Source of the DNA: Iphione sp. A-MEVVRFRX5
Taxonomy: Eukaryota
Direction: 5' to 3'
Assembly: GCA_976226885.1 (NCBI GenBank)
Contig: OZ320313.1
Location: 61,318,001 to 61,382,000 of the forward strand
Length of the DNA stretch: 64,000 nucleotides
A model generated the notes under the pieces. The model was not told the DNA's origin and did no database searches. It was given only the letters and a program-made list of their open reading frames with translations. Numbering within the stretch: position 1 is the stretch's first letter; each line of letters opens with the position of its first letter. Both the position numbers and the translations under genes were made by a program. Of this stretch, positions 1 through 13,402 are shown piece by piece.

Positions 1-195
1 TGTGCAGTATAGAAAACAGACAGCAGCACTGTCAAGATCTAGTAATTCTGCAGACACAAGAAAAGACATACTGTGGCGAATGAAGCAATGATGCAAATTC
101 AAGTAATGTTGTTGATGCTATAGGTCTGGACATACAACACATGTGCAGGACACACACAGATGGAATCCTACTTCGAGTACGATGAGGATATATGT

Positions 196-340
196 AGGAA
201 GCACTCAGTATTTAATCTACATATGATGATCTATACAGGAAGCACCCAGCATGAGTAACATAAGATGATGTAGATACATTTTAGGAAATACTCAGTACGA
301 TTAACAGGTGGTGATACATATCGGAAGCACTCATTCTGCC
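196..340. repeat. Degenerate minisatellite, 4 units of about 39-46 bp
   Basis: Unit heads AGGAAGCACTCAGTA (196), AGGAAGCACCCAGCA (237), AGGAAATACTCAGTA (283) and CGGAAGCACTCATTC (322). The first three units also share a GATGAT/GGTGAT motif near their end. Confidence 0.6.
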
Positions 341-2489
341 AGCACCAGGCAATGTATGCACACAAATATGGATCAGTGGCACATGACATCAGGTATGCAG
401 ATTCAAGTACATCACCGCAAGCAAAGTTAAATGCAGTTGAAGGTATGAATCACAGCCAATGACATCTAGAAATGGGGGCTCCAATCTATAACTACATGAA
501 ACAAGTAGTACATACATTTAGACCCATGCACATTCCCCTGTACCTTCCAATCAAAGCAAACTCCTCTGCTAGTGGAACTGTTGTTTGGCTAGTAGATAGC
601 AGAAGAGCAGATACTGGCACTCAGACCCAGAACCCACAATTTGTTTAAAGTAGCAAAGAATACATCTCTGAGCCACTATCTACATGTTAATAGGCCTGTG
701 CTGAGGTCTTCAACATAATTATGAAGGCCAAATGCCAATATCAAGCAAAACTGAAAATCTCTTCGGGCTAGCTGATCTCACAAGTGTGAAGTCATTCACC
801 CAGACCCGAAAACCCAATAGTTGTCTGTACAGAGCTTGTCTCTGTCAGACGTATATTTGGAATCCATGAGATCAAGTGCATGATGAAAGCCAGTGAAAAT
901 ACTATGGGAATCTGATATGCTGGATGCATACTTAGTCACAGCAATACAACAGATCCTACAGGCAGAATCAACTTAAGATAGAGTCAGTGACTAAGTCTGC
1001 TCTGGCAGAAATTAAATTGGACAATTTTTGTCTTTTTCTTTCGTTGTTACTGGATTGAAAAAACAGCAAATGTGTATGGGAATACCACTTATACTGCTTA
1101 GATTATAATGACACTGTTTTATGTTAAACCTGTAACACAACAGTGTATTGGATGTGATATTGTCTTTATTTATGCTGAAGATCGTTCCTGTGAACTTAAT
1201 GACAGCACCCACAACGGTTGGAAAGGGTTCAAATGCCGCATCTCGGACTAAAACTTTTCTACATGTACGTTTTACGAGTCTCCTTGGTAGCCCAGAATAC
1301 CAATTCTAACTTACCTACAATACTTCATTTTAGCTGATGTTCCTATCTTTGGTGACTTTACATATACAGTTCTGGCCAACCTACCATCCTTGATAGCACA
1401 GTATACCACTCTATCCGTGAACCATGTAGTCTACACTCCTACTAACACGTAAATATAACAATCTACAGCCTGTTTTACTTTTGTAAATAGGTAACATTCC
1501 AATAGCCAGCTACTACCAGGTTGTCATGTGGCACGAGGTATCGAGACACAATTGGCAAAGTTCATTCAGGCTCACCACCCAATATCAGTACTGACTTTCA
1601 ATATTTTGCAGGTGTATTTATGTTCATAAGAGTACGGTGGAGTGATACGTGGATGTGGACGAAGGCGAACGACCACAGTCTGATGTAAGGTCGATATCTT
1701 GCAATCTAGGAATTTACACACTGCAGGTGCAGAAGTGGGAAGGAGGGCTTCCTCTATGGACTTCGTGGTGCGCTAGATATAGGTTCCCGTTTAACTGTTC
1801 TACAACTATTATGCATGCATGTGTCTGGAATTCACAGATTGGAGCCGCCATTGTAATATACGATCAATGTGTATTCATGGCTTGTATATACATGCCCTTT
1901 GTATTTCAAACCAAAGTAATTCAACTGTATAATGGTCCCGATGCGGGCTCTGCATGACACCTTGAAATATGGATGATTCTCGAAACAATGCATGCAAATA
2001 AAATCTGCCGTATAATAAAGGCGAGTTAGTTTAATTGAAAAGGGAAACAGCATGGTATATCAGAACTTCAATAGTTGTGTTACAAGGCTGTCGGAGTGTC
2101 TTCCATTTATATATTACAAAGAGGACTTCTAACATGTTATTCAAATTATGCATATACGTAGCCTACTTTAAAAGGATGAGACAGGACACATTGCCGTTGT
2201 ACCTATCGGCCGGTAATCTTTTTCAAAGGAACATGGATGGTCCCTATTTGGGATCAAATACTAATGGAGAGAGACAGAGGGAGAAAGAGGCAATTTGAGA
2301 TCTTTGTCCTGAACTCCAGAGACAAGCTGAAATGTGAAGAAGCTCAAATGCAGTACATAATTTTCCCATTTCCTTTGAAACAAATCGCTGATTGTCACTG
2401 CCAGCTTGGATGGAACAGATTTTGATCAAAAACCAATACTATATGCCTCTGCCCGAACTATAACCCTTTCTCGACCCATTTCCCTCTAA

Positions 2490-2660
2490 ACCAGGAAGTC
2501 CTACGATGATCATGACCCGTCATGCCTTGCCTTCTCGCCAAGAGCTCACGTGATGCAAACTTCCGGTCATGCGACTATCGGAGGTGGCTGGCTCTGCTTC
2601 AGAGGCGAATGGCCAATTGAAAGTGTGTTAGGGCGTCGTTTGGCAGTAGAGTTGCGGGAA
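2490..2660. promoter_or_regulatory. CpG-containing, housekeeping-promoter-like motif cluster
   Basis: CAGGAAGT (ETS-like, ~2492), TCACGTGA E-box (2546-2553), ACTTCCGG ETS core (2559-2566) and CCAAT (2613-2617) lie in a locally CpG-rich patch. No linked first exon was found. Confidence 0.3.
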
Positions 2661-4280
2661 GTTGCTTTCATTAACAAAAAGGAAAGTCCGACCATTGCCC
2701 TGAAAACGAGTTATTAATGGTGTTCGGGCCATTTAAAAGTAATCTGGCGGCCTTGACGACGGTTCCCGATTTGTTTGCTGAAAAAACTACATTCTTGTTT
2801 AAGAGCTAGTGGATTAGTGACTGCTTACAACTATGCAGGCCAGGAAGCAATCCTATGTGTGAACATCAACTATTGTTACCGCAAGTAAACGAAGACGTAT
2901 CACAGACATTCAGATGCATGTAGGGTCGATGGACCCTATACCTCCTAGATATTTGCGTTTCATTTCGCAGTATGCTTTCCTCTCTTTTAACAAGCACCGA
3001 CACCGGTCGGTTCGCAATGTGCTGATGAAAAGATGTCATCGAAATAAGAGGCCTTCATGGCCGCAGGATGGATGCACGTTTCCTTAGCCCTATCGCGATT
3101 CTTGTCCTTTCGTCTGCTTCTGTTTAACCTAATTGCAACGATCAGCAGTCAAGCCTGAGACCGAGCAAATCATGCTGACAATAGGAAGACGTTGCTGACA
3201 ACCCCTGCGGCTGCTGTCTTGACAATGTCTGAGGGGAAAAACACAGATATTCATGCAGATCAGCACTATGGAGAAACGTATTAAATTCTGATGGGCATTA
3301 AGGAAGGCAACGGATACAAAGTAGAGAAAGGATAAAAGACAGGAGAACAAAGGAGGTTCAGTGGCGGAGAGAGGTAGAGATACCAAGAGACAGTGAGAGA
3401 GATCATGAGGAAGCAAAAAAAGATGACAACCCGATCGTTTGGGGTTATCAGCTGTTCAGTAGTATAACAATCTCTACGAAACTGGTAGGGAAGTCATAGT
3501 CAGTACGTGAAAATGATTACATTTCATGGTCCACGTAATCCTACGCTAAGATATATACGGACACTTTGAGATGAAAACTACATTTTCTTACACCCAATAC
3601 CCAATTTCCCTGCCTCCATAGCTTACAGATCCAAGGGCGCAGCATAAATATGCTGAAATTGCTAAATCGTGTTAAAAATATATCTAGACATCTACTATAG
3701 TCCATCTAACTTCATCGTGTGGTACAGGGGAAGAGGTTTATGTCACAACTGAGTACATTAAAGAATCGGAGCATTGCCCAGGTGGCCTAAATCCCTTATA
3801 TTTCTTAATGTGCAGCAACTAATTTGGTATTTATAGGTAAACACATGTACTAATCACTGATCGTAATTTGGCAAACAGGTTTGCTAACAGCTATTGATCA
3901 TTAGGTCGAAGTGCGTGATCAAGGTCGTCACCCACAAAGTAGGAGCTGCATACAGCAGGAGCTGAACTATTGCCTGACATCATTACTGAAAAATTGTCTG
4001 GCGCGGAGCGTACCAAACTGCATGTTTTTCAAGATTATTGTGTTGTAAAATACATAGCGATACCCAAAAGATGAATGAACGGGTGCAGAAATATGTCGTA
4101 CAAATCTAATACAAACAGCTTACGCAAAATCTGTCAGGTGCATTTATTTCCCTCGGCTGATATTGATTACGGAAAAAATCGCTGTGCCTTTTCGCAATGA
4201 CAGCCGTGCCTATAGGCTCTAGAGTGGGCTATGCAAGGAATTGTGACTGGGGGAAGCATATACTGAATCTACTATATGTA

Positions 4281-4459
4281 CAGTGGAGTCTCTATTTACG
4301 ACCACCCCTCTGGACCTAGCTCAACTGGTCGCAATAGCAAGTTTGGTCGTTAATAGATTATGGTTAATAATAGAAAACAAGACTTTAGTTCCCAGCTCAG
4401 GTGGTCGTAATAGCAAGAATGGTCGTAAATGGATGTGGTCGGAAATAAAGACTTCTCTG
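4281..4459. mobile_element. Non-autonomous Tc1/mariner-superfamily (pogo/Tigger-like) MITE, 179 bp
   Basis: TA on both flanks (4279-80, 4460-61). Left end CAGTGGAGTCTCTATTTACGACCAC matches the reverse complement of the right end, CAGAGAAGTCTTTATTTCCGACCAC, at 21/25. Internal direct repeat TGGTCG(C/T)AATAGCAAG occurs twice. TA target duplication with CAG termini is the established pogo/Tigger pattern. Confidence 0.85.
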
Positions 4460-7400
4460 TATACGGAAAAAATAGCAAACATCCAATATGCATTTCTCGT
4501 TCTCTCTTGTCACACGAAAACAGAATTATGTTGAACGACGGTATATCTGAAAATTTGCAGGCACCAATGGAACGTGTGGAGAGGTTTTTTCATCTGGATC
4601 TATAGTGGGTCTGTGTTCGTAGTGAACATGGCATACAAGTCGCGAGCCCTGCAGCCAAGACCAATTTAAATGCCAGTGTCGTGGGAAATCCACATTGGCC
4701 AAACTCTGTGGCGTACTTGGGCATAGAAAAGTGAAAAACCTAAACCAAAGGAGAGAAGGGTCGAAAGAGCAGTGGGACTGATGGTCAGAGACAAATGATG
4801 ACCGATTTTTGCTTAAAATATACATACGCCATTAACAATACATGGATACCTCGGTCGGGGATTGGAGATGACGCCATAGCCCTCGTGCATCTGTTTGCAC
4901 TGGAACATTCCCTTAAGGGGATCGGACGAGGTTAGGGCTATTGCTGACTCCTATTCTCTATGAATCTTTTTTTTCTTTGGAACACTTGGTTTAAATATTT
5001 ATCACTAATCTTGAGGACGTTTTTTTTTAACGACAAAACGTGTGCAAAGCCATGAAAGCATCTTCCCAAGGGAAAACGTGGCACAGATAATGTTATGAAT
5101 CAGAATTTATTACACCAGTGATCTCCAAATAGGCTTATGTCCCAATCTGAAACACGAAAGGAACACAAACATCTGTATTCGGAGAGACACAGAGACATGG
5201 GTACATGGAAAATAGGCTTAAAAGTAAAATAATTAAAACTCCAGGTTACTTACACGCGAAACTTAGAGCAGTACTTTACTTAGTGGTTGATGTATGCATG
5301 CACACGTATATAGAACTGTGTACTGGCGAAGAAATGTCACACATAACCTTTATGAAAGAAACCAGAGTAAATGTAGATCGTACTACTTGACAAGCACATA
5401 CATGTCTCCATTGGCTAGACACAACACACCACTTGGAGGGGTCTCATCGCCAATGTCCGTTTTTTCCACCTTTTTCGCGCCACGCAGCTGACATTACTGC
5501 ACGTTTGAGCCAACACTTCGGGTGCCATTTAGTCCATCATTTTGAGCCCAGCTTGCCAGTTGGCTAGAATACCGTGACCCAGGTCGGTAGTATCCAATCG
5601 TAGTGTCGCCCACTAGGACCTGAGGCAACTTCACCCCAAAGCAGCTGAAACCCCACACTCGGAGAACTCTCTGTTTATCGTGGCTCTATTGCGGTAGGCA
5701 CAAAAGCGATTGACCCAATCCCGTCTCGTCCATTGATCCACTACCACCAGAGGTCTCCACTCTCCACAATGACCCCTACAGAAAAGGCGCGCTGCGGTGT
5801 CAGCATGCCTTACACAACGTTTAAATTGTTGTTTTGTTATGGCCTCAGTTGGATTCAACGCTCAGGAACGGGTGATATTCATGGAGCCAGGTGGGCGAGT
5901 TCTGTCATGCACCACCTTTTCAAAACAGCACGTTTGCTATGCCTTATGTCAACGCGACACCGTGTCTGCATAGCAGGTCTCAATTCGTTACCTTAACACT
6001 TTCTTCACTTTCTATAACCTGCTACCTCCTATTCATGTACGCTAGAAGGATATCTTCTAGTTGGGGCCCCATTCGTCTAAATATATATCTACACACATTC
6101 CGTCGAACTGTCCATTTTTAATATGGTTTCTGGCATGACTATCTGAACTTAGGCGTACTTCCAGAATATCATTTTAAAAAAATATGTTCTGTCCATCATG
6201 AAGACCAAATCAAACTCATTCTTGATACGCAGTCCTCCTTTTACATTTCGGTCCAGTCACATTTCCTCGATAAGTGTACCTTGGTACATGTGCTATGCTT
6301 ACAGACGACTATCTGTTCTCTACAGTGGTAATTTTAGTAGACATCGGGAGTCAGCGTTGCAACAACAACAGAGATGTTTCGTCTTTCCCGTTCATAGAGT
6401 CGAACACAGGTCCAAATCTGTGCCACACTTACGGGATTGTTGTCCCTTGTCAACAGGTGACACCTGATGGATTCCCTTGGTAATGTTCTAAAGGAAACGG
6501 GAAAATTACAATTGTAATCATCAACCTCGGACATCAAGTGACGATTACGAGAGGTAGCACCTTGAGAGCTAATCGATTGTTGAAAGGTGCCTGCCTTTAA
6601 TACAATCGAAATCAGTAAATGAACACGTACGTCACATAATGATGTGAATTCTCTTTTTTCAAAATTCTGTCCTTGGTAGGTGCCATTACAGATATGGTGA
6701 AAGTTAAGGGTAAATGCATTTGCACTGAACAGAGCATCAACAACAATATATGCATTAAACCATTTAGTGTTATAGTATGATGTATATATAGCGGAACCCC
6801 TAAATCTAGTTTCTCTGATGCATTGGGCTATCTTTGATACTGATTATACAGACCAATTATTCGTAACAGTGGTACGGATGCTGACAAAGGCATTTCTCCC
6901 AAAATGACGATAGATATACCAGTCTATATTCTCAGATATACCAGTTTATGTGCATACACTGGTACCCTGTCCTCAGGTTTGTCCCTCACATGGTCAAATT
7001 TCAAGGGACAGGATACACCTCTATATGCTCTAGTACATATTCTCATACATTCTCTCAAGAGTAATTCACCAAGTTGCTGTGGAATAATTTCTGGCTGAGT
7101 TTGTAATAGATCGCGTAGCTAGAGTGGTAAGGAAGAGGACCTTTTAACTAGTTTGAGATTACCAAAGAAGGATATCAAATCATACTCTAGTACGGAAGAG
7201 AGGGGCCAAGGTGGATTACTGGAATTAATTGCCCCGAAACACTTACATTAGGTTGGTCGATCCTCTTGGAAACTACGGACGTTTTTGGACATTTTTTTAT
7301 CTGTGTTTACTTATTAAGTAACCTACTGAGTTTAGAACCCTTGCCTTGAGGTACAATAACACAATTTGGAAATGCGTTGCCGAGGAAATTAATAAATGCT

Positions 7401-9219
7401 CTTTTATCAAGCTTAGCCAATGATGGAGGTTCTTGTATCTTAAGGAAATATTCAAACATAGTAATGGCTATAAGGCAAGACAAAGAAGCTGTAAATATTC
7501 TTTGCTGTAAAAGCTACTCAGTAGAAATAACTAAATCAATGAACAAAACTCGATATATCTTTATTCGAGACGACAGGCGAAACATCTTACTGGAGTGGAA
7601 CTAACACCACCAAAGGAAAGGTTATAATAAGATTGGACGAAAATTCAGATTACAGAATGTTTCCATTATTCTCTCGGTGTGCCTCATGATCACTGTATGC
7701 CTCTATTTCATTCCTTACGTAAAGCCAGTTGTTTCTCTACATACACACTGATTATTATAAGATTCCATGCATTCCCATTCCACGTACCTACAGAATAACA
7801 TATGATCTTCACTCGTCGCTTATGACTGGTGATCAATGTGTGCTTTACCACCACGTGTGAACTGATCAATGTTATCCTTCTGCATCTTCTCCCCATTTGC
7901 CCAGTCATAAATTTCTTCCCCTCGTTCTTTTTCTGTGCGCAGTGATTAACGTATACATGTTGACCTCCTTTCTTCCCATATATTTGGTGATCATTGTATG
8001 TTCCCTTTCATTCTCTCTGTGATATTTCACTCATCACCATACAATCCCAGAGAAGATACCGAAGAAAGCAGCCTAGAGCCGTTACAAAAGGCAGAAGGTG
8101 ATTTCAAATGATATGGTGCAGTGTTTCTATCTACCTTGTATGAAACTAAGCATACAATATCAAATCAATATCAGGTCGATACAAACCTGAGCAATGGCCT
8201 GCCAATTACTAGAAGTAATTTGTGGTAATCACCTAGACTACAGAATTGGATCATTTCACGCTTATGATACCATATATTGTGTAGATCAATGCATTTGCTT
8301 TGTGACTAAAATACATCATTTTGCTGTCATAATCTAAAAAGTTCAAGTAAATCGTGCGCGCTACTAATTACAAGCAAAACTATGTAAACCGCACACATGA
8401 TATTCACAGTACACCATCTAATTTCCAATAGAAAAAACTACATCCGGTAAAGACAACTGGACATGGAAGGCTGATAATATTTTAGCTACAGAATATGTCA
8501 TTGCAAACATGAAACTTCAATGGAACCTTTCGGAAGTTAGGTGAAAGTACCTAAGAACGATGTAATGAGAAATCTATACCTGGTCAGATTATATCCTTTT
8601 TCTTTTCCGTGGCTTAGATATCACAGCCTTCATCTTGAACCATATTACCCTCTTCTTGTGTCGTTAGTAGAGGCAGGTGTTACATGACCTGTCAAAGAGG
8701 GTTATTGTCTCACGTGTGGTGGCCCCCATCCTATCCAAAGCCGTCCTTTCGCAGACCATCCTAACTGTGCAACACTTCCTCCATTAACACATAAACAGCA
8801 GTGGGGTGACTTGCACCTTTTTCCCTAACTGGGTGGGGATTTCCGTAGACCTGTCAGACTCGCAGGAATAACAGCCTTTCGCAAACAGCTGCCGCTAGGG
8901 GGTATGATGGGAACACGACTCAAGAAACGAAATGACCGGGAGACCTCCATTGCCAATCTGACAGAAAACGAAGGCTTATTATATATTTCCATCAACAAAC
9001 AGACATGGCACCCAATTAACTAACTATTCCCATTATGAAACGCAAGAGAATGATGGTTTTGGCAAATCCTGCATTGTCAAATATGCTTACCACAGCAGTC
9101 TACAGGGAGTTAAAGAGAAGTGGAGCTGAGAGGAAGCGCGAGACACTATCGGGAGGAAAGATGCTTCTTGTCTATGAATCCTGTTCTTAATCTTGCATTA
9201 ATTATTTCCGGATCATAAG

Positions 9220-9290
9220 ATGTGAACCTTAAATTTCGACAGGCCATGAAGGACGTTCTAGGTTGTTGCAGTGAGGGAAACCGATGCTAG
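9220..9290 (+). CDS. Possible terminal exon or relic of a class A GPCR (helix 8-like)
   Basis: Reads VNLKFRQAMKDVLGCCSEGNRC* after an AG at 9218-9219. It resembles helix 8 (NxxFR) with a palmitoylation-type CC. The same frame has SMNPVL at 9171-9188, separated by one stop. No other transmembrane exons were seen. Confidence 0.2.
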
Positions 9291-11126
9291 ATATTCTGTT
9301 GCACATGAGAAATTTTGGCAAAATGTGATTACCCTAGTTAGACATGCATAATGCCTTTGTATTTACCTAGACTTGGACCCCTCACTTTGAATGCATCTTA
9401 AGGGTCTACGGCTAGAAGTGCAGTTTGACTATGACCATACGTTTACAGTTTTAAATCATTTGCATACATATAGATGCCTGTATATAGAGCTGAAAAGTTT
9501 CATTTAAAATGGTTGCGACTTTTACGGTATTGAGAAAACGGAGGTTTCCATGGGAATCTATACATGTAAATCCCTTTATAGCGCAAGGCCAACATGCATT
9601 AAAGTGCCAAATGTGTAGCGTGCAAAAGTTCAGTAGTCGGACAACTGAATCACGAACAGCACGCACCAGATGTGTAAGTACCACATGTTTTTCGGAGGTA
9701 ACTGAGGGATCTTTGTGCCAACAGACCAGCATACGGGTATTGAATAAAATTAACTATTCATGACACGCCCTTTGCTTTAACATGCATCTCATAGTAAAGA
9801 GTCAAATGCGACATTTTTATCCAAAAGCAGACGACGCTAACAGTATTCCCAGGTCATGTGTATTATGAATTACATGTAAGTGTGATATTGACACGGATAA
9901 GAAAGCAGAAAGCATAAGAAATTAGTTGGCGCTGATCGACCGTTGTCCACAAGATCTTCAAAGTAACGCCTGGGCCCGATGCGGCTACATAACGTGACAC
10001 TGACGGGTTTTTCAAACAAGATAATTGGAGACGAATACTGAAAAGGAAAAAGGCTGCAAATGATATTCGACATAATATCCAGACCTGGAAAAGTAGTCCT
10101 TATTGTTAAACTGCCAAACATGCAGGTTTTCAAGTTAGTTTTAAGCTTATTTCAGATAGGTTTTGGCACAGACTGTCAGCGCCAAGTTTACGTCAAGGAT
10201 TACGATTTGTTTTCTTACCTGACTGCACAAAGAGAACCGGCTTGGGCTGACTACTTGGCCTTTAGAGTTGTAATAACATCTGTGTCGTCCTTACTAGAGA
10301 CGTCGCCAGATCGGAAAATATTTCTGTTCAGTTTATGCGAATTTCCTCTTCAGAGTTCAATTATAGGACCAGTTCTACTTTTATTTGATTTCCCCCGCCC
10401 AAAACAAGTATCGGTACTGTGTGCAGTCGTACACTTGTATTGATGTCTAGGTAGCATCAAGCGTTCTCTGTCGCCTGAGCCCTGCAACAAGTGGGTTCAT
10501 TCAGTAGCAAATGCTGAGGTCACTGGCGGGTAAACATTATTACTCTCCACCTGCTTCTTCGTATATCATCCACATGGGGTACATTCGAGAAATAAAATAC
10601 GTTGTAACTAAAGGAAACAAACTGTTTCGTACCCGAACGACCAAGAAGGCAGGCAGTCTAGCCAGTTGTGGGGAAGTAGGATTATTTACTCTTCAAATGT
10701 TAAAGGAGATCTTAACAGATGGGCGCAGTAAGTGAGGACATAATGCACAGTGAAGGCGAACAGCAACACTGGCTGCCGCACTGACGCGCGCAGAAGGGAC
10801 CACTGCCTACGGGCTGACAGAGCCCTGGACGCAAGGCCGGATAAAAAAGTTAAATGACAGGGTGTAGGGGTGGTCGATCGTTGACTCGATAGTAACCTGT
10901 TTCAGGCTATTACACGTGCTCCCAACTAGCTGACACCCGCATACACTATCAGAATTCCTTTCTTTCATAGCTAGCACTTTTATCCCCGGGTATATTTTTT
11001 GTCCCGCCGTCTGGTGTCTGTGTCTGTGGCTCTCCAGGCTCATCATTGTCTCTCCCTTTGTCAGTTGTCTCATTATTTCTGTGTGTCGTATGGCAAGCCG
11101 ATTTTTCTGTCGCCTGATTATTTGGT

Positions 11127-11264
11127 NNNNNNNNNNNNNNNNNNNNNNNNNNNNNNNNNNNNNNNNNNNNNNNNNNNNNNNNNNNNNNNNNNNNNNNNNN
11201 NNNNNNNNNNNNNNNNNNNNNNNNNNNNNNNNNNNNNNNNNNNNNNNNNNNNNNNNNNNNNNNN
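11127..11264. other. Assembly gap (138 N)
   Basis: Run of N bases. ORFs that span it are artefacts. Confidence 0.99.
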
Positions 11265-13216
11265 TTTTCTCTCTTTTACTTGTGTAATTTTTCTTGACGG
11301 TTCTCCCCAGTAATTCGAAAATATACACGTCTATTGTCTATTAGCTTCGTATAGCACACGAGTTAACGAGTTCCTAATGTGTTAACCTATGGTTGTGGTA
11401 TAATCGCTGCTTGATTCTACATGTTGGAAGTATATGGTTTGTAGGTTTGTTCCCGCGAAGTGCTTTTGCAGAACTCTTTCATGACTCCTTTATGCTCACC
11501 GTGTTGCCTTTCCCGTGGACCTTTCACGACTATATTCCTTTCAAAACAGACTAGAACCCAGAGCTGTCACCTCTCACCAACGTGATAGATATTCCCTATT
11601 GTTGAAAACAGCTTGAACCGTGATAATTCCCTGTCATTATTTTCAACGACAAAAAGCGAAGAAAACGCTTTGGTGGGTCCAGCAAAAGTGGGTCCCACTG
11701 TAGGATGAACACGTGAACAATCTGCGGGGTTGAGGATAGTTTCGCCATTGTTCCTTTCAATGAACGGCCCATTTTGAACCATCAAATAAGAGTGTAGAAT
11801 TATTTCAATCACGCAGAAATGCGAGACATATAATTCAGTCATTATAAAATACCACCCGCACTACTTGTTAATCGATGGATACATTTCGGAAGACATAAAC
11901 TATGGTGGAAAAGCCCGCAGGGCATCGAGCATAAAGGCGACAATCGCTCCCTGCAAAAAAATGAGCTAAGTATAGAGCAATGAAGACACTAGCCATGAAC
12001 ATCTGCCTATCTTATCACTTTAATGGGAGTTGCGACAAATGATGGCGACTACATATGTCATACAATTCAAAATGTTTACCTTTCGTAAAATGGATACATT
12101 GGGTTTAATCTTTTTTTACATATAACGTATATAAAACATCACAGCCAAACAGATTTACTTGGGAAAAGAACTTTAGTTAAGTGCTTGTTTTATCATGGAA
12201 AGCTCTTCAGTAGGGAATGTGTGTTAATGTATATATACAAGCATATCAGTTGACCAACACCGCATTGAACATTGAAGGGATCGGATACAGCAATACACTC
12301 GAGCAAACATATCCACACGTTAAGTCCTGTTCACACTGTGCATCGTTCAGTTAAGATGTTAATTCCTCTGATGCAAAGCGAGGATGTTATGTGTGGCTGA
12401 GGAACTCATCTTCTCAACTCTTTCCGGCCTACCTCAACCCAGCCTTCTTTCAGACACTCACACACACTACACACATACCTAAATACATAATTTATACATA
12501 ATGGGAGAGGATCCAACAAAATACATGTAGAAGCCTATTCAATAAGCTTTTAGATAGCGTCTTTGTAGAGGAGATGCGGCCTTCTTGTACATATATTTGT
12601 GTGTATATATACAGGAATGTTCTTGTTCTATGAAGGCCTGATGCCGAGGTTGTACTGTTTATGTCCATGTACATATTTTTGGAGACCAGATGCATCTGAA
12701 ACGTGTAAGCGAATATTGTGAGACAGACATACATGTACTTTAGATTGGATGGTTAAATGCTCAGCACGCAGTGGCAAACCACCAAATGGTCCCAGGTATT
12801 TGACATAACGTGATGGCAACGGCCGTTCGGGCCGTCGGCGTTTTAGGTGGCAAATATGGCGACCCATGTAGTGGAGGTGACTATTCATTGGGTTGCATTT
12901 TATGGTCCACACTGATCATTCCTTTTCCGCTGCCTGCCTTCACACCGTATCTCCTCACGATCACCCATCTTCCTCTCGTGGTCGTCCACTGTCCACCACT
13001 TACGTCTCTCCCCAACTGCTTCAGCTACTTTGCCGAACATGACTATTTACACACAGTCCACTGTCGGCTCTTAACTATATCCAATTGCTTCCTGTTTTAT
13101 GTCAGCCAACTACTACCCATAATATAGCCATATTCATTTGCAAAAGTCTGCTACTTGCATTCGGTTCTCCTTTGTTTATTTGCTTTAAGACTCAGACTAT
13201 AGGTTACCCAAACCCT

Positions 13217-13402
13217 TCACCTGATGGTGTGTTTATTTCCGTCCTTCACGCATGCTGCTTTAATCTTCTTGTTCATGGTCCTTTATTGAATGCTCGCCTT
13301 CAACGCCATCAACATGCTGTTCACGTACACCAAAATTCCCAGCGACTGTCCCTTGTCCATGTTCATCAAAACTTCAGAAGAGCACACCTGCGACAGGCCT
13401 CC
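13217..13402 (-). mobile_element. Decayed Ty1/copia-type reverse-transcriptase fragment
   Basis: The minus frame reads DKGQSLGILVYVNSMLMALKASIQ*RTMNKKIKAACVKDG. This aligns by eye to the copia RT segment of the Tnt1 type (IILLLYVDDML...FDMKDLG), with the Y-to-KD spacing within one residue. The catalytic DD is lost and there is an in-frame stop. Confidence 0.5.

Noticed and set aside
196-340. CRISPR array interpretation of the spaced repeat
   Set aside because: The repeats are not identical, periods vary from 39 to 46 bp, the spacers resemble each other, there are no cas genes and the context is eukaryotic.
6459-6600. Possible fungal micro-exons (VTPDGFP..., branch motif GCTAAT)
   Set aside because: The second intron would be only about 33 nt and the spliced peptide is short and unrecognisable.
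10807-11328. ORFs of 173, 104 and 68 aa around the gap
   Set aside because: Their length comes from translating through N bases.
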